From the NCBI RefSeq assembly GCF_006345805.1, contig NC_043005.1:43710001-43774000 (forward strand): a DNA stretch of 64,000 nt. The letters run 5' to 3'. Source of the stretch: Octopus sinensis. Its lineage: Eukaryota. Below the pieces are notes generated by a model that was not told where the DNA came from, did not search any database, and saw only the letters and a program-made list of their open reading frames with translations. Shown piece by piece: positions 36,608 to 50,260 of this stretch (position 1 is its first letter; each line of letters starts with the position of its first letter). Position numbers and translations under genes: made by a program.

Positions 36608-37719
36608 GGTATACAAATAAGGGCTTCAAATTTTGGCACACGGCCAGCAACTGTAGGGGAGGTAAAGGTAAAGGTAAAGTTAATTTCTTGAGTCATGCCG
36701 AATCATAAGGGCCGGTCTCCTGGTTTCCATGGTGTAAAAGTTCCCCACCTGGATGGGATGCCAGTCCATTGCAGGATTACTCATTTTTGCCAGCTGAGTG
36801 AACTAGAGCAATGTGCAATGAAGTGTTTTGATCAAGAACACAATATGTTACCAAGTTCAGAAATCAAAACAATAATCTTACGATCATGAGTATAACACCT
36901 AACCACTAAACCACATATCTCCACATTGCAGGGGAGGGGGTAAGCTGAATACATAAGCTCCAGTACTCAACTGGTACTAATTTTATTGACCTCAAAGGGA
37001 AAGGCAAATTTGACCCTGGTGGTATTTGAACTCAGAATGTGAAGACGGATGAATTGCCACTAAGCATTTTGACCAGCATGCTAACAATTCTGTCAGCTTA
37101 TTGCTTTATGGTATACAAATAAGCTTTTCCACTAAAAGCACAAGGCCTGAAATTGTGAGGGAGGGGGTATGTCGATTACATTGACTCCAGTGTTTCACTG
37201 GTACTTAATTTGTCAACCCCAAAAGGATAAAAGGCAAAGTTGACCTTGGTGGAACTTGAACTCAGAACATAAAGACGGACAAAATGCCACTAAGCATTTT
37301 TCCTAGCATGCTAACTATTCTATGAGCTCATCACCTTATGGTATACAAATAATCAACGATGATGCAGTCTCCATGATACAGGGGACCCTCTGTCCAGAGC
37401 CAAGGAAAGAGCCTCACAGGTCCCAGTTCATTCTGAACAAGAACAAATGCCCTCTCCAACTATTATTCTCCAATTTACAAGGTTACACTGAATAATTTCT
37501 ATTTTTTGATACTCTCACTTCAATAATTGACACTCTTCCTTATTCAATAAATTCACTCAAGTACAATATCCCTTTCTTTATACTTACTTTTCTTTTTAAG
37601 TGAAACATACAAAATCAATGTAGTACATTTTATCCTCAGACCTTTCAGTATTATCCAACCCACATATAACCACAAGACAAGGTTAAAACTGACTTCTGGT
37701 TAAAGGATAGTAGCAGGGC

Positions 37720-38990
37720 AATCCTTGCAATGGATTCAGCTGATAGTTGGGTCCATCCCACGTGTGACAGAAGCCGTTTGACATAATCCCACAAGTCTTC
37801 AATGTTTGAACACTGAAAATCTGCACGTGAAATGGTCTCATTACTCTGTGTAAATCTTTGACAGATCTATCTATCTAATGACACTTCTGTACCTGTAGAG
37901 TTTGTCTCATACAAGTAGAGCTCTTCATTAGCACTACCAGGACAAGAACATCTGGATGTTATACACTGTAATCACCAATCCAAAAGTTTTTCAGAACAGA
38001 CTATCCAGTTCATTTTGTCACAACATAGAGTTTCCCCAAGAATGTCATCACTCTCTCCCAACACTAACCCTCTAAACGTTGTTGCTACAATGGAATATCC
38101 TTCAACCTAGTTGCTTGACTTGTAAGAGGTAATGATAATTGTAGTACCAAATGATATTTTAGATGTCAGTCACCTAATGTTGCTCTGCTTCATCTAAAAC
38201 TATGGCTCCATCTAGGGGATAAACTGTGAGATGATGTACCTTATGGATGTTGCTGGCATCTGAACACCATCGTGGTGTCTCTACAGGTATCACAGCCTTG
38301 GTGCATGTCTGAACTTCAGCTACCAAAGGAATGTCTAACCTGCCAATGCAGTGGGTGCTGGCAGCAGATAACTGCCTGACCAGTGAAATTCATTCCTTCA
38401 TCAGGAGATCAAATAGCAAATGCTCCAGTTTGATTGTGTGGTAATCAGGGCAAGACACGATGGTCAGTAAGTAAGCAATTTAACCATTTGCCATCTCTAA
38501 CTGACTTTTCAAGAAAGCTTCTATTCAGCCCATTACTGGGTATGACTGGTTACCTTTCTCATTATCTTGCCCTAGTTCCAGCTTATTTGAAAGTCTGGAC
38601 CAAAGCAAACCCAAAGCAATTTAACCAGTTCATTGGGCTAGCCTCCTGTGATGCTGTCTACTGGCATGGACTCACTTCACTAGGCACAGAGCTGCAAGCC
38701 CACGGACTTTGCCAGGCTGGTCTTAACCCTGCAACTATCACATTTTTGTCTTGAATGGTACCAACCACTTCCATTTCAGTGGCATGCTGGTGACATCTGC
38801 AAACACCAGCATGCCCCCCCCTGGTCTTAGTTCAAATGGAATGCCTCTCAACTGTTCCAACAAATGTAGCAGTGGCTCAAGAGCCAGCATGTACGTCAGC
38901 AGTCTTGTTCTTCAATATCAAAGCACCCTTGTAATGATTCACTGTTTATTGGTATAAACTGAACTGTTGGAGGACTGTTTGTTGTATTTA
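37720..38990 (-). mobile_element. Decayed Tx1/L1-clade LINE ORF2 fragment (RT and downstream region)
   Basis: Minus-strand fragments include LVFAD (YADD region), KVRGL, GVCFGPDFQ, WAE*KLS*K and IKLEHLLFDLL...LVRQ..CCQHPLH, resembling the Tx1-type GVWFGPD...WAERKLSLKGR...C.P...GGLG organisation; many stops. Confidence 0.65.
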
Positions 38991-39039
38991 GTAGAGATTG
39001 ATATTGCTGTGGTTGTAACTGTGGTACTGATAGTGTTCT

Positions 39040-39345
39040 CAATGATGATACTGCCGCTGCCTTGTGCTGCTGTGTGAACAGTTACCAGTGGTGGTGGTGG
39101 TGGTGGAGGTGGCAGTGGTGTCGGTGGTGGATGGGATGGAGGTGGTGTAGGTGGCAGTGGTGGTGGTGGTGGTGGTGGTGGTGGTGGCAGCAGCAGTGAT
39201 GATGATGGCTGCAGTGGTGGTTGGTGGTGGCAACAGTGATGCTGGTTGTGATGGTGGTTCTGGTTGTGGTGTCAGTGGTAGTAGTGGTGGTGGTAGTGGT
39301 GGTGGTGGTGGTGGTAGTGGTGGTGGAAGTGGTGGTGGAGAAAAT
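39040..39345. repeat. (GGT)n-rich degenerate trinucleotide repeat
   Basis: Directly visible; explains the poly-P/T/G/V ORFs. Confidence 0.9.
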
Positions 39346-40241
39346 TCATCCACTGATGTCCCCAATATGCTGCTGCCATTTGTTCTTGTTGATTGCACTG
39401 CCAATGTTGTTACTTCACTCAGAAGGTGTCAAATGTGAGAAATCTTTGTTGAAGTTGAATAAATTTTCATTTGTCTTCTTACCTTTTCTATTGTTGTTGG
39501 TGTTGTTGTTGTTGTTGTCTCTGTTGTAATTATAGTTGTTGTTGTTGTTGTTGTTATTGACTTTTCCTTCAGACTCACTGAGTTGATTTGAAGCAAATGA
39601 CAGCCATTTTTTTTACCCTTTTTTTTTTTCTGGCATCATCTGCTGTTGTCATAGGAACAACACTATGTTATTTGTTAAGCAGATGCTTGACACAGTCATC
39701 TTTTTGCCTCTTTCTCTCTCTCTTCCTCTTCCTCTCCCACTCTCTTCTCCCTCTCTCTCTCTCACTCTCCCCTTCTCTCTCTCTGTGCTTGTGTTTAATT
39801 CAATTAAACACTCTTTTCATACCCTATGTGGGTTAGATTTGACCCCAGTGAATATTATTAAACCTGATAAATCTCAATTGCTGGAGCAAAATGAGCGAAA
39901 AATGGGAAAAAAATTCACAATAAAGAAGTAGATTCTGTCTTTTATACAGAAAACAAAAAGAATTTTAAACCACATCCCAGTTTGAGCATGCCTTTATGGT
40001 CAATGTAATAATATCGACCTTGGAAGGATGAAAAGCAAAGTTGACCTTGGCAGAATTTGAACTCAGAACATGAAGACAGACGAAATACTGCTAAGCATTT
40101 CACCCAGTGTGCTAACGATTCTGCCAGCTCACCCCCTTAGTAACAACAACAACAACAATAATAATAATAATAATAATAATGTTTTATTATTAATGTTATT
40201 TCCATATACACTCAACAGATTAGATTGTTGGAAAAGAAAAA

Positions 40242-40790
40242 AATCCTTAAATCGGGCTACAAGTAACCTTAGATGCCAAGAACCCTCCTAAGTATCCTAG
40301 CTGTCCTTAATAACACTGTTTTCTGGAGCTGTACTAAATTGGATTTTATGCCTATTTCCTCCATCCATCTGTTCCCAATGCACCCATAACTACTGGGATA
40401 CATTTTACCAACACTTTCCATAGTCCCTGTAATTCAATAGCTAGGTCCTGGTACTTAGCTATTTTTTCTATACTTCTCATATTAATTTTTCTTCATTTGG
40501 GACTATAAAGTTAATTATCTGGCACTTTCTATTCTCTTTATCTACAACTACCAAATCAGGCCTTCTATTTGTTGAAGTCCCACAACATCTTATACTTCTT
40601 ATTTTCTAGTATTTTACTAGGTTCATGTTCATACCATTTATCAGTATGTTCAAATCCTAGCTTTTTACACAACTCTCAGTGGATTACTCTCCCTAGATTA
40701 TGATGTCTTTTCTTGTATTCTTTCTGTGCCAGCATGCTATGTTCATTTCCTCTTTGATTTGCATAATCTACATTAGGAATCTGCTTGGGT
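40242..40790 (-). mobile_element. R4/Dong-like RLE non-LTR retrotransposon 3' end
   Basis: Translation MLAQKEYKKRHHNLGRVIH*ELCKKLGFEHTDKWYEHEP...MLWDF / RRPDLVVVDKENRKCQII / KYQDLAIELQGLWKV / RWMEEIGIKSNLVQLQKTVLLRTARILRRVLGI*, i.e. the RH(D)...WDF...RPD...KY..L PD-(D/E)xK domain. Confidence 0.85.
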
Positions 40791-41292
40791 TTTGTCTAAA
40801 GATATCACAAAAATATAAATTTTAAGAAAGAATAATTTCCTAAATGAGGGAAACTACCTAGGGCTGCTTGTTGAAACCCTACAAAGCCATGGAGGCCCTG
40901 ACCGCTAGGGCAAGCACCCTCTCCACATCATCTACAGGAGCATGTTTAGAGTAGAGCCTGCTCACTCATAACATTCTGGCGACATTCTCTCAACTTTCAA
41001 CAAAATGGTTGTTGGGGCAGCACTTCCATATCTCACATCACTTTCCATTACAAGTAATAATAACAACCCTTTCTACTATAGGCGCAAGGCCTGAAATTTC
41101 TGGAGAGGGGGTCAAAACGATTACATCGACCCCAGTGCATAACTGGTACTCATTTCATCAACCCCAAAAGGATGGAAAGTAAAATCATCCTCAGCAGAAT
41201 GTGAACTCAGAATGTAAGGACTGACAAAACACTGCTAAACATTTCACTAGGCATGCTAACGATTCTGCTAGCTCACCTTAATTATAACGTTC

Positions 41293-41293
<1 letters not shown>

Positions 41294-41347
<54 letters not shown>

Positions 41348-41835
41348 TAAATGCCCTGATGCAATATCAGGCACTGACTCTCATGGCTTTTGATCTTAAC
41401 GGATTAGAAGGGTTATCATGTATATGTTTTGTCTTAATATAAAAGATGGGTTACAGCAAATATTATGCTCAATTCCACAGATTTGCTTGCCAGTTGCTTG
41501 ATCTTAACCAGTTGAGCATGTCCCATTGTGGCTGATGATCTGTGCACCTCTGATCATGAGCATAAGTAATGGGGGAACATCATAATAATGTGTTGAGAGG
41601 AATTCTCCAGGGTTTGAATAATTCACCTCTGGAAGCATCGGTATTTCATTCATCAACCTTAAGTAACCCTTATTCAAAGACCTTTTGAGTGGGATGGGCT
41701 ACTCGACTAGAAGAAAATTCTAACTGGGCCACACCTGTAAGGTCAGGTGCTTTTAATCTGGATATGAAATCACCATGTCGTGCACATATGGTTGTAATGT
41801 ATGTGCCTAGTGTACCCTTATCAGACGGGTAGTCA
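41294..41835 (-). mobile_element. Family F retroelement 3' region with (ATT)n tail
   Basis: A ~480-bp body shared with 61225-61645; it ends in GCATCAGGGCATTT followed by (ATT)n on the minus strand. Confidence 0.75.
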
Positions 41836-41851
41836 CAATGACGATGACATC

Positions 41852-41903
<52 letters not shown>

Positions 41904-41967
41904 TTGGTGATGACGACAACAATGATATGATGATGATGATGATGATGATGATGACAACGACAACGAC

Positions 41968-42000
<33 letters not shown>

Positions 42001-42062
42001 GATGCTGATGATGATGACGACGACAACAATGACAAGGATGGTGATGATAATGATGATAATTG
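41836..42062. repeat. (GAT)n compound microsatellite
   Basis: Directly visible. Confidence 0.9.
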
Positions 42063-42371
42063 TCTCTACATTTAAAATAATGGCTTCAAATCTTCACCAA
42101 TTTTTCTAAAATAGTGATTTTTAATGAGGAGCAATGGTACCAACTCACTGAGGAGTGAGGACAATGACGAATTAGTAAGAGGAACAAAGCAATCGAACTG
42201 TAAGTGACTAGAGCAGCAACCCTAACAGGTTTACATAGTGAGGAGGAGGATATTATTGGGGTTTTTTTATTATTCTATATTTGATCACCCAGCAGGAGAG
42301 AAGACAAAATCTGTGAAAGAGCAGGTGACTTCAAAAGAGCCAATGACCTTCTATTATATATTGAATCAATT

Positions 42372-42541
42372 AGGTTACTTACCAACCACATGGTTCTGAG
42401 TTCATTTCCACTGTGTGGCACCTTGGGCAAGTGTCTTCTACTATAGCCTCGGGCTGACCAAAGCCTTGTGAGTGGATTTGATAGACAGAAACTGAAAGAA
42501 GTCCATCGTACATATGTATATATATGTATGTGTGTGTGTGT

Positions 42542-42574
<33 letters not shown>

Positions 42575-42755
42575 AAATGTTTGTATTTGTCCCCCCAACA
42601 TCACATGACAACCGATGGTGGTGTGTTTAGTTCCCATAATTTCGTGGTTCAGCAAAAGACACCGATAGAATAAGCCCTGGGGTCGATTTGCTTGACTAAA
42701 GGTGGTGCTCCAGCATGGCCACAGTCAAATGACTGAAACAAGTAAAAGAGTAGAA
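42372..42755 (+). mobile_element. SINE family A (5'-truncated)
   Basis: Collinear with the other family A copies. Confidence 0.85.
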
Positions 42756-42799
42756 AAGAGTAGAGCACATCAACTAAATGATGAGAATATAAATTCATT

Positions 42800-44230
42800 A
42801 AGCAGGAGAAATACTTAATTATCTGAGAATACTGAAAAGTGGCTAAATTAAAAGTACAGAAATGGAAGAAGTCCTCAATAAAGAATATTTTCGCTGAATG
42901 AAGATTTTAAAACCTAAATTGAATGTGGGAAACATCATGCAAGTATCAACTTGAGGGCGGTATCCCTAATAAGGTCTGAAACAAAGAATTATTGAATGAA
43001 GAAAGGTATGAATTGAATAGTACTAGCAAGGAAGTGAGGAAGCACAGCAGCGCGTGTGGACTGGTTTGACTGGAAAAGAGAAAAAGCAGAAGAGGGTTAA
43101 TGAGTGTTTAAGAGATAGTAGAACTAGAGAAGACAAGCCAAGGTCACTATCTAGAAGAAAAAGAAGAAATGCTCCTTAGTGGGTAAATGGAAATCTATTT
43201 ATAAAATGCGTAAATCTCAAAAAAAAAGAGGAAACAAGAAAATGCAAAAAAGTGGAAATTAAACTGATTGCAGATAAGTTCACTGCCATCAATTCATCAC
43301 AGCAGAGTTCACTGCCATCAATTCACCAAGAGGAAAGTTTAACAAGAAAATATATCCATAGTATCACACTGTTAATAGTTAAAAACTATTTTATAGAAAA
43401 GGCAATTTTTTTGAAGGCGGTGCTCCAGCATGGCCGCAGTCAAATGACTGAAACAAGTAAAAGAGTAAAAGAGAGTAGAGAGTAAGAGAAAAATTGAAGT
43501 TGGAAAACTATGTAAAAAAGTTTGTACAGTGAACTTTCTTCACTGTAGTGAATTGATGATGGTGAACTAACCAGACATGAATTAAACCTTGAAGATTAGA
43601 AGTTCCACTTAGTGTTTTTCAAAATCACAAGATAAGGGATGACAAGGATAGCTGACTATGGCTAAAGAAAAGAATATTGAAGAAAGTCATCAAAGGAATG
43701 ATTTTAGCAACACAGGAACAGGCCTTAAAGGATCAAGTGAGTGAGAGATCAGTAAGATTGTTTATCCAAATATACAATGTGCAATGATTCCAATGAAACT
43801 ATAGCTCATATTTTATCAGCTATTTTAAAGGTGTTATTAGACTGCTGCAAAAATTGGTTGGAATTTTTGCAAGAAATTTGGTTTTATCGGAACAGAAATG
43901 TTAATATTGTATCCTGATTTTGCAAAGATATCAGCAGTGCAGAGTCCAAGAAGATCTGAGGTCTCAATGGCAATCAGCACAAACTCATAGCAGCTGATCA
44001 GGCTCCTGTATTAACCCCTTGAAAGCGATGAAGTGAAGTTGCGAAATTTTTCCCTGCATGCTGAAAGAAGAATAGAACATAACAGGCCAGACATTGCTGT
44101 CATTGACAAGAAGAAACTATATATTGTAATCAATGTGGCACATCTATGTGACTCCAAAGTAAAAGAGAGAAAAAGAAAAAGTAAAGCATAATACTGACTT
44201 GAAAAGTACAAAATGCTCGGGTTTTGGAAC
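42800..44230 (+). mobile_element. Fragmented R4/Dong-like RLE retrotransposon, interrupted by a MITE and other insertions
   Basis: Collinear pieces: KILKPKLNVGNIMQ (~42900); LWLKKRILKK...MILATQEQAL...MCNDSNETIAHILS (CCHC knuckle region, ~43640-43820); RRIEHNRPDIAVIDKKK (RLE, ~44065-44120). Confidence 0.7.
43271..43574. mobile_element. MITE-like element (copy 3) containing a SINE A tail fragment
   Basis: Same TIR as 282-503; GGCGGTGCTCCAGCATGGCCGCAG...AAAAGAG insert at ~43415-43490. Confidence 0.7.
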
Positions 44231-44659
44231 AAAGAAGTTAGCAAACACGTGAAATCCAAAAATACCAGAAGAGCAAAAAAGTGTTTTCATGGGTATAGTT
44301 CACATCCTAAGGAAAATACTTTCAGCCTGAGAATTCCTGAATCTTTTTAAAATTTTCAAAATGATAAACTTTTAACAAATTATTATTTCTCAGTATTTGG
44401 CCATCTTTCCTTCCAGCAATTCCGAAATCAATTATATCGACCCCGGTACTCATCCTGAAAGGATGAAAGGCAAAGGTTACTTTGGTGGAATTTGAACTCA
44501 GAACGTCAAGACGAATGAAATGCCACTAAGCATTTCACCTGGTGTGCTAATGATTCTGCCAGGTTGTCACTTTACTGAAAATAGTTATATATTCCTGAGA
44601 AAATCACTTCCCTTTTTAATCATTAAAAAAAATGCCATATAATTTATTAAAATCAAAAT

Positions 44660-44677
44660 CAGCAAAAGAAAGAAAAA

Positions 44678-44713
<36 letters not shown>

Positions 44714-44725
44714 AGGAAAGAAGGA

Positions 44726-44765
<40 letters not shown>

Positions 44766-44767
44766 AA
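44660..44767. repeat. (GAAA)n microsatellite
   Basis: Directly visible. Confidence 0.95.
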
Positions 44768-45667
44768 ACTAGTAATTATTGCAAGAGTAGTCAGATACAG
44801 TAGAGCAATATTAGCAATACTCCCACTTTATTGAATTTTGCTTGGAGGAACATATATTACTCGTAGGCCTAATCAATTTTGAATAGTATTATAGGCTTCT
44901 AATTAGTCTAATGAATTATAGATTTGCATTATCACTTGTATATCTCCTCTGGTAGTTCAATAGTCAAATAAGAGAAAGACAAACTCCTGACTAATATATC
45001 ATATGGAAATTGAGGGTTATGACAGGAATAACCTTGACTATAGCTACCTACAGTTTCTGGAAGTTCATTAAGCCGCAGGTATAAATATTACAGACTGTGA
45101 GTTAGTTATATAATGATAGTAAAGAATTATGCAATGTATTCCATGTAAAGTTTGTGCTGAAAGTTCACATAAATTAGTTTGTATACGATACAGAGATTAT
45201 TCGTATAATAATGTAGAAGATATTAAACTATATTCCACTATAATAGGAAAGTATTAAATATCAACTTGAAATTTAGATATTTAAAAACAAAAGGTACTCA
45301 AAGTTAAGAAGCAATGTGATATTTGTACTTCAAGACTGTTAATTACCATTTAGTTATATTAAATAATTTGAAAGCATTGATATAGAGATAGCAAGACAAA
45401 TTTTTTCTTTTTTTTTTTTTTTTTGATGACTTTGTTTTTATTAAAAACATATTTTACAGGGAAAAAAAAAGAAAGAAAAAACATTATAGATATAAAAGCT
45501 CAAATTATCGAGGTTGGAAAACATACCTACCTCATCAAAGAAAGAAAGAAAAAAGAAAGAAAAAAGGGGTGGGGGTTAAGCAGCAGAAGATGGAGTATTG
45601 CGTTGTACACCCTAGAACAAATGGCATGTTTAGCTGGACCTCTTAGACATGATTACAAGAGTCTTAC

Positions 45668-45705
45668 CATGGAGAATGGCCATTGACACTAACTATAGCA
45701 GCCAT
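45668..45705 (-). CDS. Candidate first coding segment (MAAIVSVNGHSP...) in a putative 172-nt exon 45668-45839; product unknown
   Basis: Acceptor ...TTTCTGTTAATACAG, donor ATG|GTAAGA, GAGATGG start context with an in-frame upstream stop. No homology recognised. Confidence 0.2.
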
Positions 45706-47406
45706 CTCCCCTCACAGGGGTTATTTCTCAGATGGGCCACAGTTATCCTGATTTTGCAAAGATATCAGCAGTGCAGAGTCCAAGAAGATCTGAGGTCTCA
45801 ATGGCAATCAGCACAAACTCATAGCAGCTGATCAGGCTCCTGTATTAACAGAAATTATGACTAACTTATTGAAATCTCTCAAGAATTTTTATATCCTTGA
45901 AAATATATTTCTCGATTTGCCTAATAGAACTTTAAGCAATTAGTGGTTTTGGAAATGAGATAATGCTGATAATTAGGATCAGGGTAGCAATAAAATTTGC
46001 TAGAGGGAAGAAGAATGGTATTGGACATTAATTGATCTCCACTCATTGTAGTTAGTCAAAATCTCCTATTTTATACATTTGTATCACCTTGGAAGGAGAC
46101 ACCCATTCATTGCATATAATTGAGTACTTTAGAGGTCTACTTGAAGTGTAAACATCTACAAATGCCAACATTTCAACTTTTGGAAGGAGATTTCAGTTTA
46201 AAAAATGTTATCCTGAAAATGTCTGAGACATAATCAAAATTAATGTCATACTTGAATGAGAAGGAGTGAGTCTTGTAAGCAGTGTAAAGAATGGTTTGAA
46301 TATAAGCAGGATGTGATGTAGAAACAGTAAGTAGAGTAGCACAGACAAGCACTAGTTGAAGCAGTATTGATTTAAAGATGTATAAAAATGAGATTGTTTA
46401 CCAATCAATAGCCCAAGGGTAGAAAGTGATGCTTAAAGAGGACTGGATTATTGATTATTGTATGACTTCATTTTGGGCTTTGGTTGAAGATCTCCAATCA
46501 TTGTTAATAATACATTGTTTACAGATAGAAATGCAAGGTCTTGATCTAACTTGGATAACACATTTAAATCAACACCAAAAAATGTATAATATATATATAT
46601 ATTATGCAAAAAAGAAAAGAAAAATCTATGACAAACAGGTAATTATCTTTTCAGATGAATCAATATACTTTTTTAATTACATAGCTCAGAAAAGACAAGT
46701 AACAGAAATCGTGTGGTTTGTCAAATGCAACCACAATGCAATTACTGGTATATTTATTCGTTTTGGGTCACAGATAATTCTCACAATATTATTGGGTGGA
46801 TTTGCATTTATTGAAAATCTTAATTAACCAATCAGAACCAATGGATCTGCTTAGGGATCAGAACATCAACAGTGATGACAATCCAATTAAATCCTTATTA
46901 AATTGAAACTATTTATCATCAGAATGGTTAAAAATCAATTTGAAAATCTTTGGGGGTCCTTTTTTTTTTTTTTTTAGGCTTTGCATTCAATATTCATTAA
47001 TGATCTCACTAATTACCATCTTGAAAGTTCCAGTACCATTTCCCAAGAAAGCAGTTAGTTATGTTCTTTCATCGAACACTGTCTTATACGAACAATTTCA
47101 AATAATTTTGCACCGTTATTGTCTATAATAAATAAATAAATACCACTGAATTCTGTTATTTGTTTCTGTTGCTATAAAGATTTCTATTTCGAACTCATAT
47201 TAACAACATATTTCTGAAATTAACATTGTGACACATATTTTATAAATGGCAACTGAACTGCAAGAAATTCTAAACCTAATAAAGGTTGAGGCTGTTGACT
47301 GCTTCAGAAACTTCTGGTAAACAACTTGCTTGGGAGAAATCATTTTTTTTAGTATTGAATTAAATCTTGGATTTCTCTTTCTTTCTTTTTTAGTTAATCT
47401 CCAGCT

Positions 47407-47617
47407 TTAACCCTTTAGCATTCAGATTAATCTATCAAATGTAATGCTTAGTTATTCGCATCGTTTTGAATTAAGCATCCATTATCTTATGGCTTCAAGA
47501 CTTCGATGATGTGATTGTTAATTTTTTCCCAAGAGATCCTGGGTCTGGTCAGTTTGAACATAAAACTGGTAGAATATTTTCGTTGGATTATGGCCAGTTT
47601 AAATGCTAAACAGTTAA
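47407..47617. mobile_element. piggyBac-like MITE with TTAA flanks
   Basis: TTAA-CCCTTTAGCATT ... AATGCTAAACAG-TTAA; a second copy at ~53458-54054 is split by a Helitron. Confidence 0.75.
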
Positions 47618-48055
47618 AGAGGGAAATATGATATGCTGTGATCACTTCATAATGTTTAGTATGTCCCCTGGACACTTTGAAATATAACATGTTTGGGTTG
47701 CAAACAAACATTATAGAGTTCTTGAGCCAATTTAGGGTCCTCTCAGGCAATGATGACAAGAATGCTGGTCATCATTCTGAATGTGTTGCACAGCCCCTTA
47801 ACAGCTCATCCATTGACTACATCAGTGTTTCTTCTTGTGATGTTGGCATGTGGCATAGTGGTTAGGTATTCAGTTCATGATCATAAGGTTGAGAGTTCAA
47901 TTGCTGGTGGTATGTTGTATCCTTCAGCAAGACACTTTATTTCATATTATTCCAGTCATCTCAGATAGCAAAATGGGAGTAGTACTTCAAAGGGTCAGCA
48001 TTGTCACATTCTGTGTTATGCGTAATCTCCCTGAGGACTATCTTAAGTGTATGCA

Positions 48056-48187
48056 AACCACATGGTTCCAGTTCAGTCCCACTGCATGGCACCTTAGGCA
48101 AATGTCTTCTACTATAGTCTCAGGCTGACCAAAGCCTTGTGAGTGGATTTGGTAGACGGAAACTGAAAGAAGCCCATCGTATATATG

Positions 48188-48220
<33 letters not shown>

Positions 48221-48449
48221 GTGTGTATGTTTGTGTGTCTGTGTATGTCCATCCAGCATTGCTTGACAAACGATGCTTGTGTGTTTACGTCCCTGTAACT
48301 TAGAGGTTCAGCAAAAGAGACTGATAGAATAAGTACTAAGCTTACAAAGAATAAGTCCTGGGGTCGATTTGCTTGACTAAAAGGCGGTGCTCCAGCATGG
48401 CCACAGTCAAATGACTGAAACAAGTAAAAGAGTAAAGAGTAAAAAAAGA
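48056..48449 (+). mobile_element. SINE family A inserted into a family G SINE (host from ~47845)
   Basis: CpG-rich family A body; host sequence ...AAGTGTATG resumes as GAGTATGTGCGTGAAGTGCTC. Confidence 0.8.
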
Positions 48450-50260
48450 GTATGTGCGTGAAGTGCTCAACTACTTGCGCAAGTAAAAGATCAATTTTAA
48501 TACAAGCATCATAACATCACTATTAGTTTAATTTTCATGATGGTAACAGAAAAAACTTAGTTTTTTTTTTTTGTTTTGTTATTTTTCCTGTGAGGATGCT
48601 TGAGCAACTGAAAAAAATAGGTGTTCTACAATTACATGGCAAATCAGTGTTTCCATTACATTTTAACCAACATTTCAGCTGATAATAGGGCAGTGAGCTA
48701 GCAGAATCATTAGCATGCCAAGCAAAATGCTTAGAGGCATTTTATCCATATTTATGCTCTGAGCTTGAATACCAGTAGGGTCGACTTTTGTCTTTCATCC
48801 TTTCAGGATTAATAAAATAAGAACCAGTTGAGTACTGGGCTTAATATAATCAACTTACCCTTATCCCAAAACTGCTAGCCTTAACAAAAAAATCTGTAAC
48901 CTGTACTCTAACAGATGATGTTTTTCAGAATGGATCTGATTGATACAAGTGTGGGTGTGGCAGTGGGTTGAGAAGATCACTTCCCAACCACATAGTTCCA
49001 GGTTCAGTCCCACTGTATGATGGACCACATGGTCTGGTGGGGTTTTTTTCCAGCCATATAATGATGTAATGGCTTGCATGCCTCAATAATCTTTCTTGTT
49101 ATGCTAATGGAACACACGTTCTTGATAAGGTCTCTTGTATTGAACAGGCTAAAGAACAAAGGCCAGACTTATATGGGCCACCATTTCCAAGAGATAAAAA
49201 TGGTTTGTGTAGGATCAGCACTCCTACCTAGAAAAAAAAAGGCTAAGTTACAAGAAGCATCAAAGATAATTTAAAACCAACAAGACCTGGGAGGGAGGGC
49301 TTTCACTTAGGGCAAGGGATAAGGAACTTTTTTAGCCAATAACCTAAAATATATTTATTTACACTGACATTACCCCCTTGATTCAGAAGGGAGAAAATCA
49401 TAGATTCCTTGAATTCAAAAGGCTTATTGCATCTGTTTATACGGAGAATACAATTATAAATATAAAAAGCATAAAATAAACACGATAAAATAAATTAATA
49501 TCCTCGTTATGAAACAAAAGAATTTTTCTAGAAACTTTCACTTCAGGTTTTGGAGAAATGATAGTTTCATTTTTGTTACAATTACATCTAAAAATTGGGG
49601 CATTTTGATGCCAGAGCAATGTAGATACAGTTTCTTCAGGGTCCAAACAATTTCAGTAAAGGGTTGAATTGAATAACTACTTAAATGTACTTAAAAAAAG
49701 CAAAAATTTGAATGTCAAAAAATAAGGTTAAGGCAGGTAATAGACAACTCACAAGTAATATGTTTAGTCATTCACAACACCTTAGCGACCAAATTGTCTG
49801 TAGTTCAAAATGACGTGATGACTCCTAAACACGTCCATTATATTAGACAGATGCAGTGTTGCCAGAAGAAAAATCTCTACCATAACAAGGAACAAGATTT
49901 TTGTATTAATTTTATATAATTTTACCTATGTTTAATGAGTCCTCATTACCCCCATTTTTACCCCACTTGCGGCAGTTCACCAACTCTTGCCTTAGAGAAA
50001 CATATGATGTGGTTCAGTGAAGTCCAAAAGGAAATCAACATCCTGCATTATTTGTCAGGTTCTTACTTAGAACCTACAAGAGAGGGTTGAAGAGAGAATA
50101 CCTTAAAAATTGCTGGAGGCAGAATATTGACTGAAGCAGAGGAGATAGGCCATAGTTCAGAACAGCAGAAAAGAGTTGCTGCTGGCCTATGCTGCAGAGG
50201 GAGTGAAGGGTTTAAATAAATGAGTTGGGAAAAAGTTTGGGAGCCACTGTGGTACAGTAT

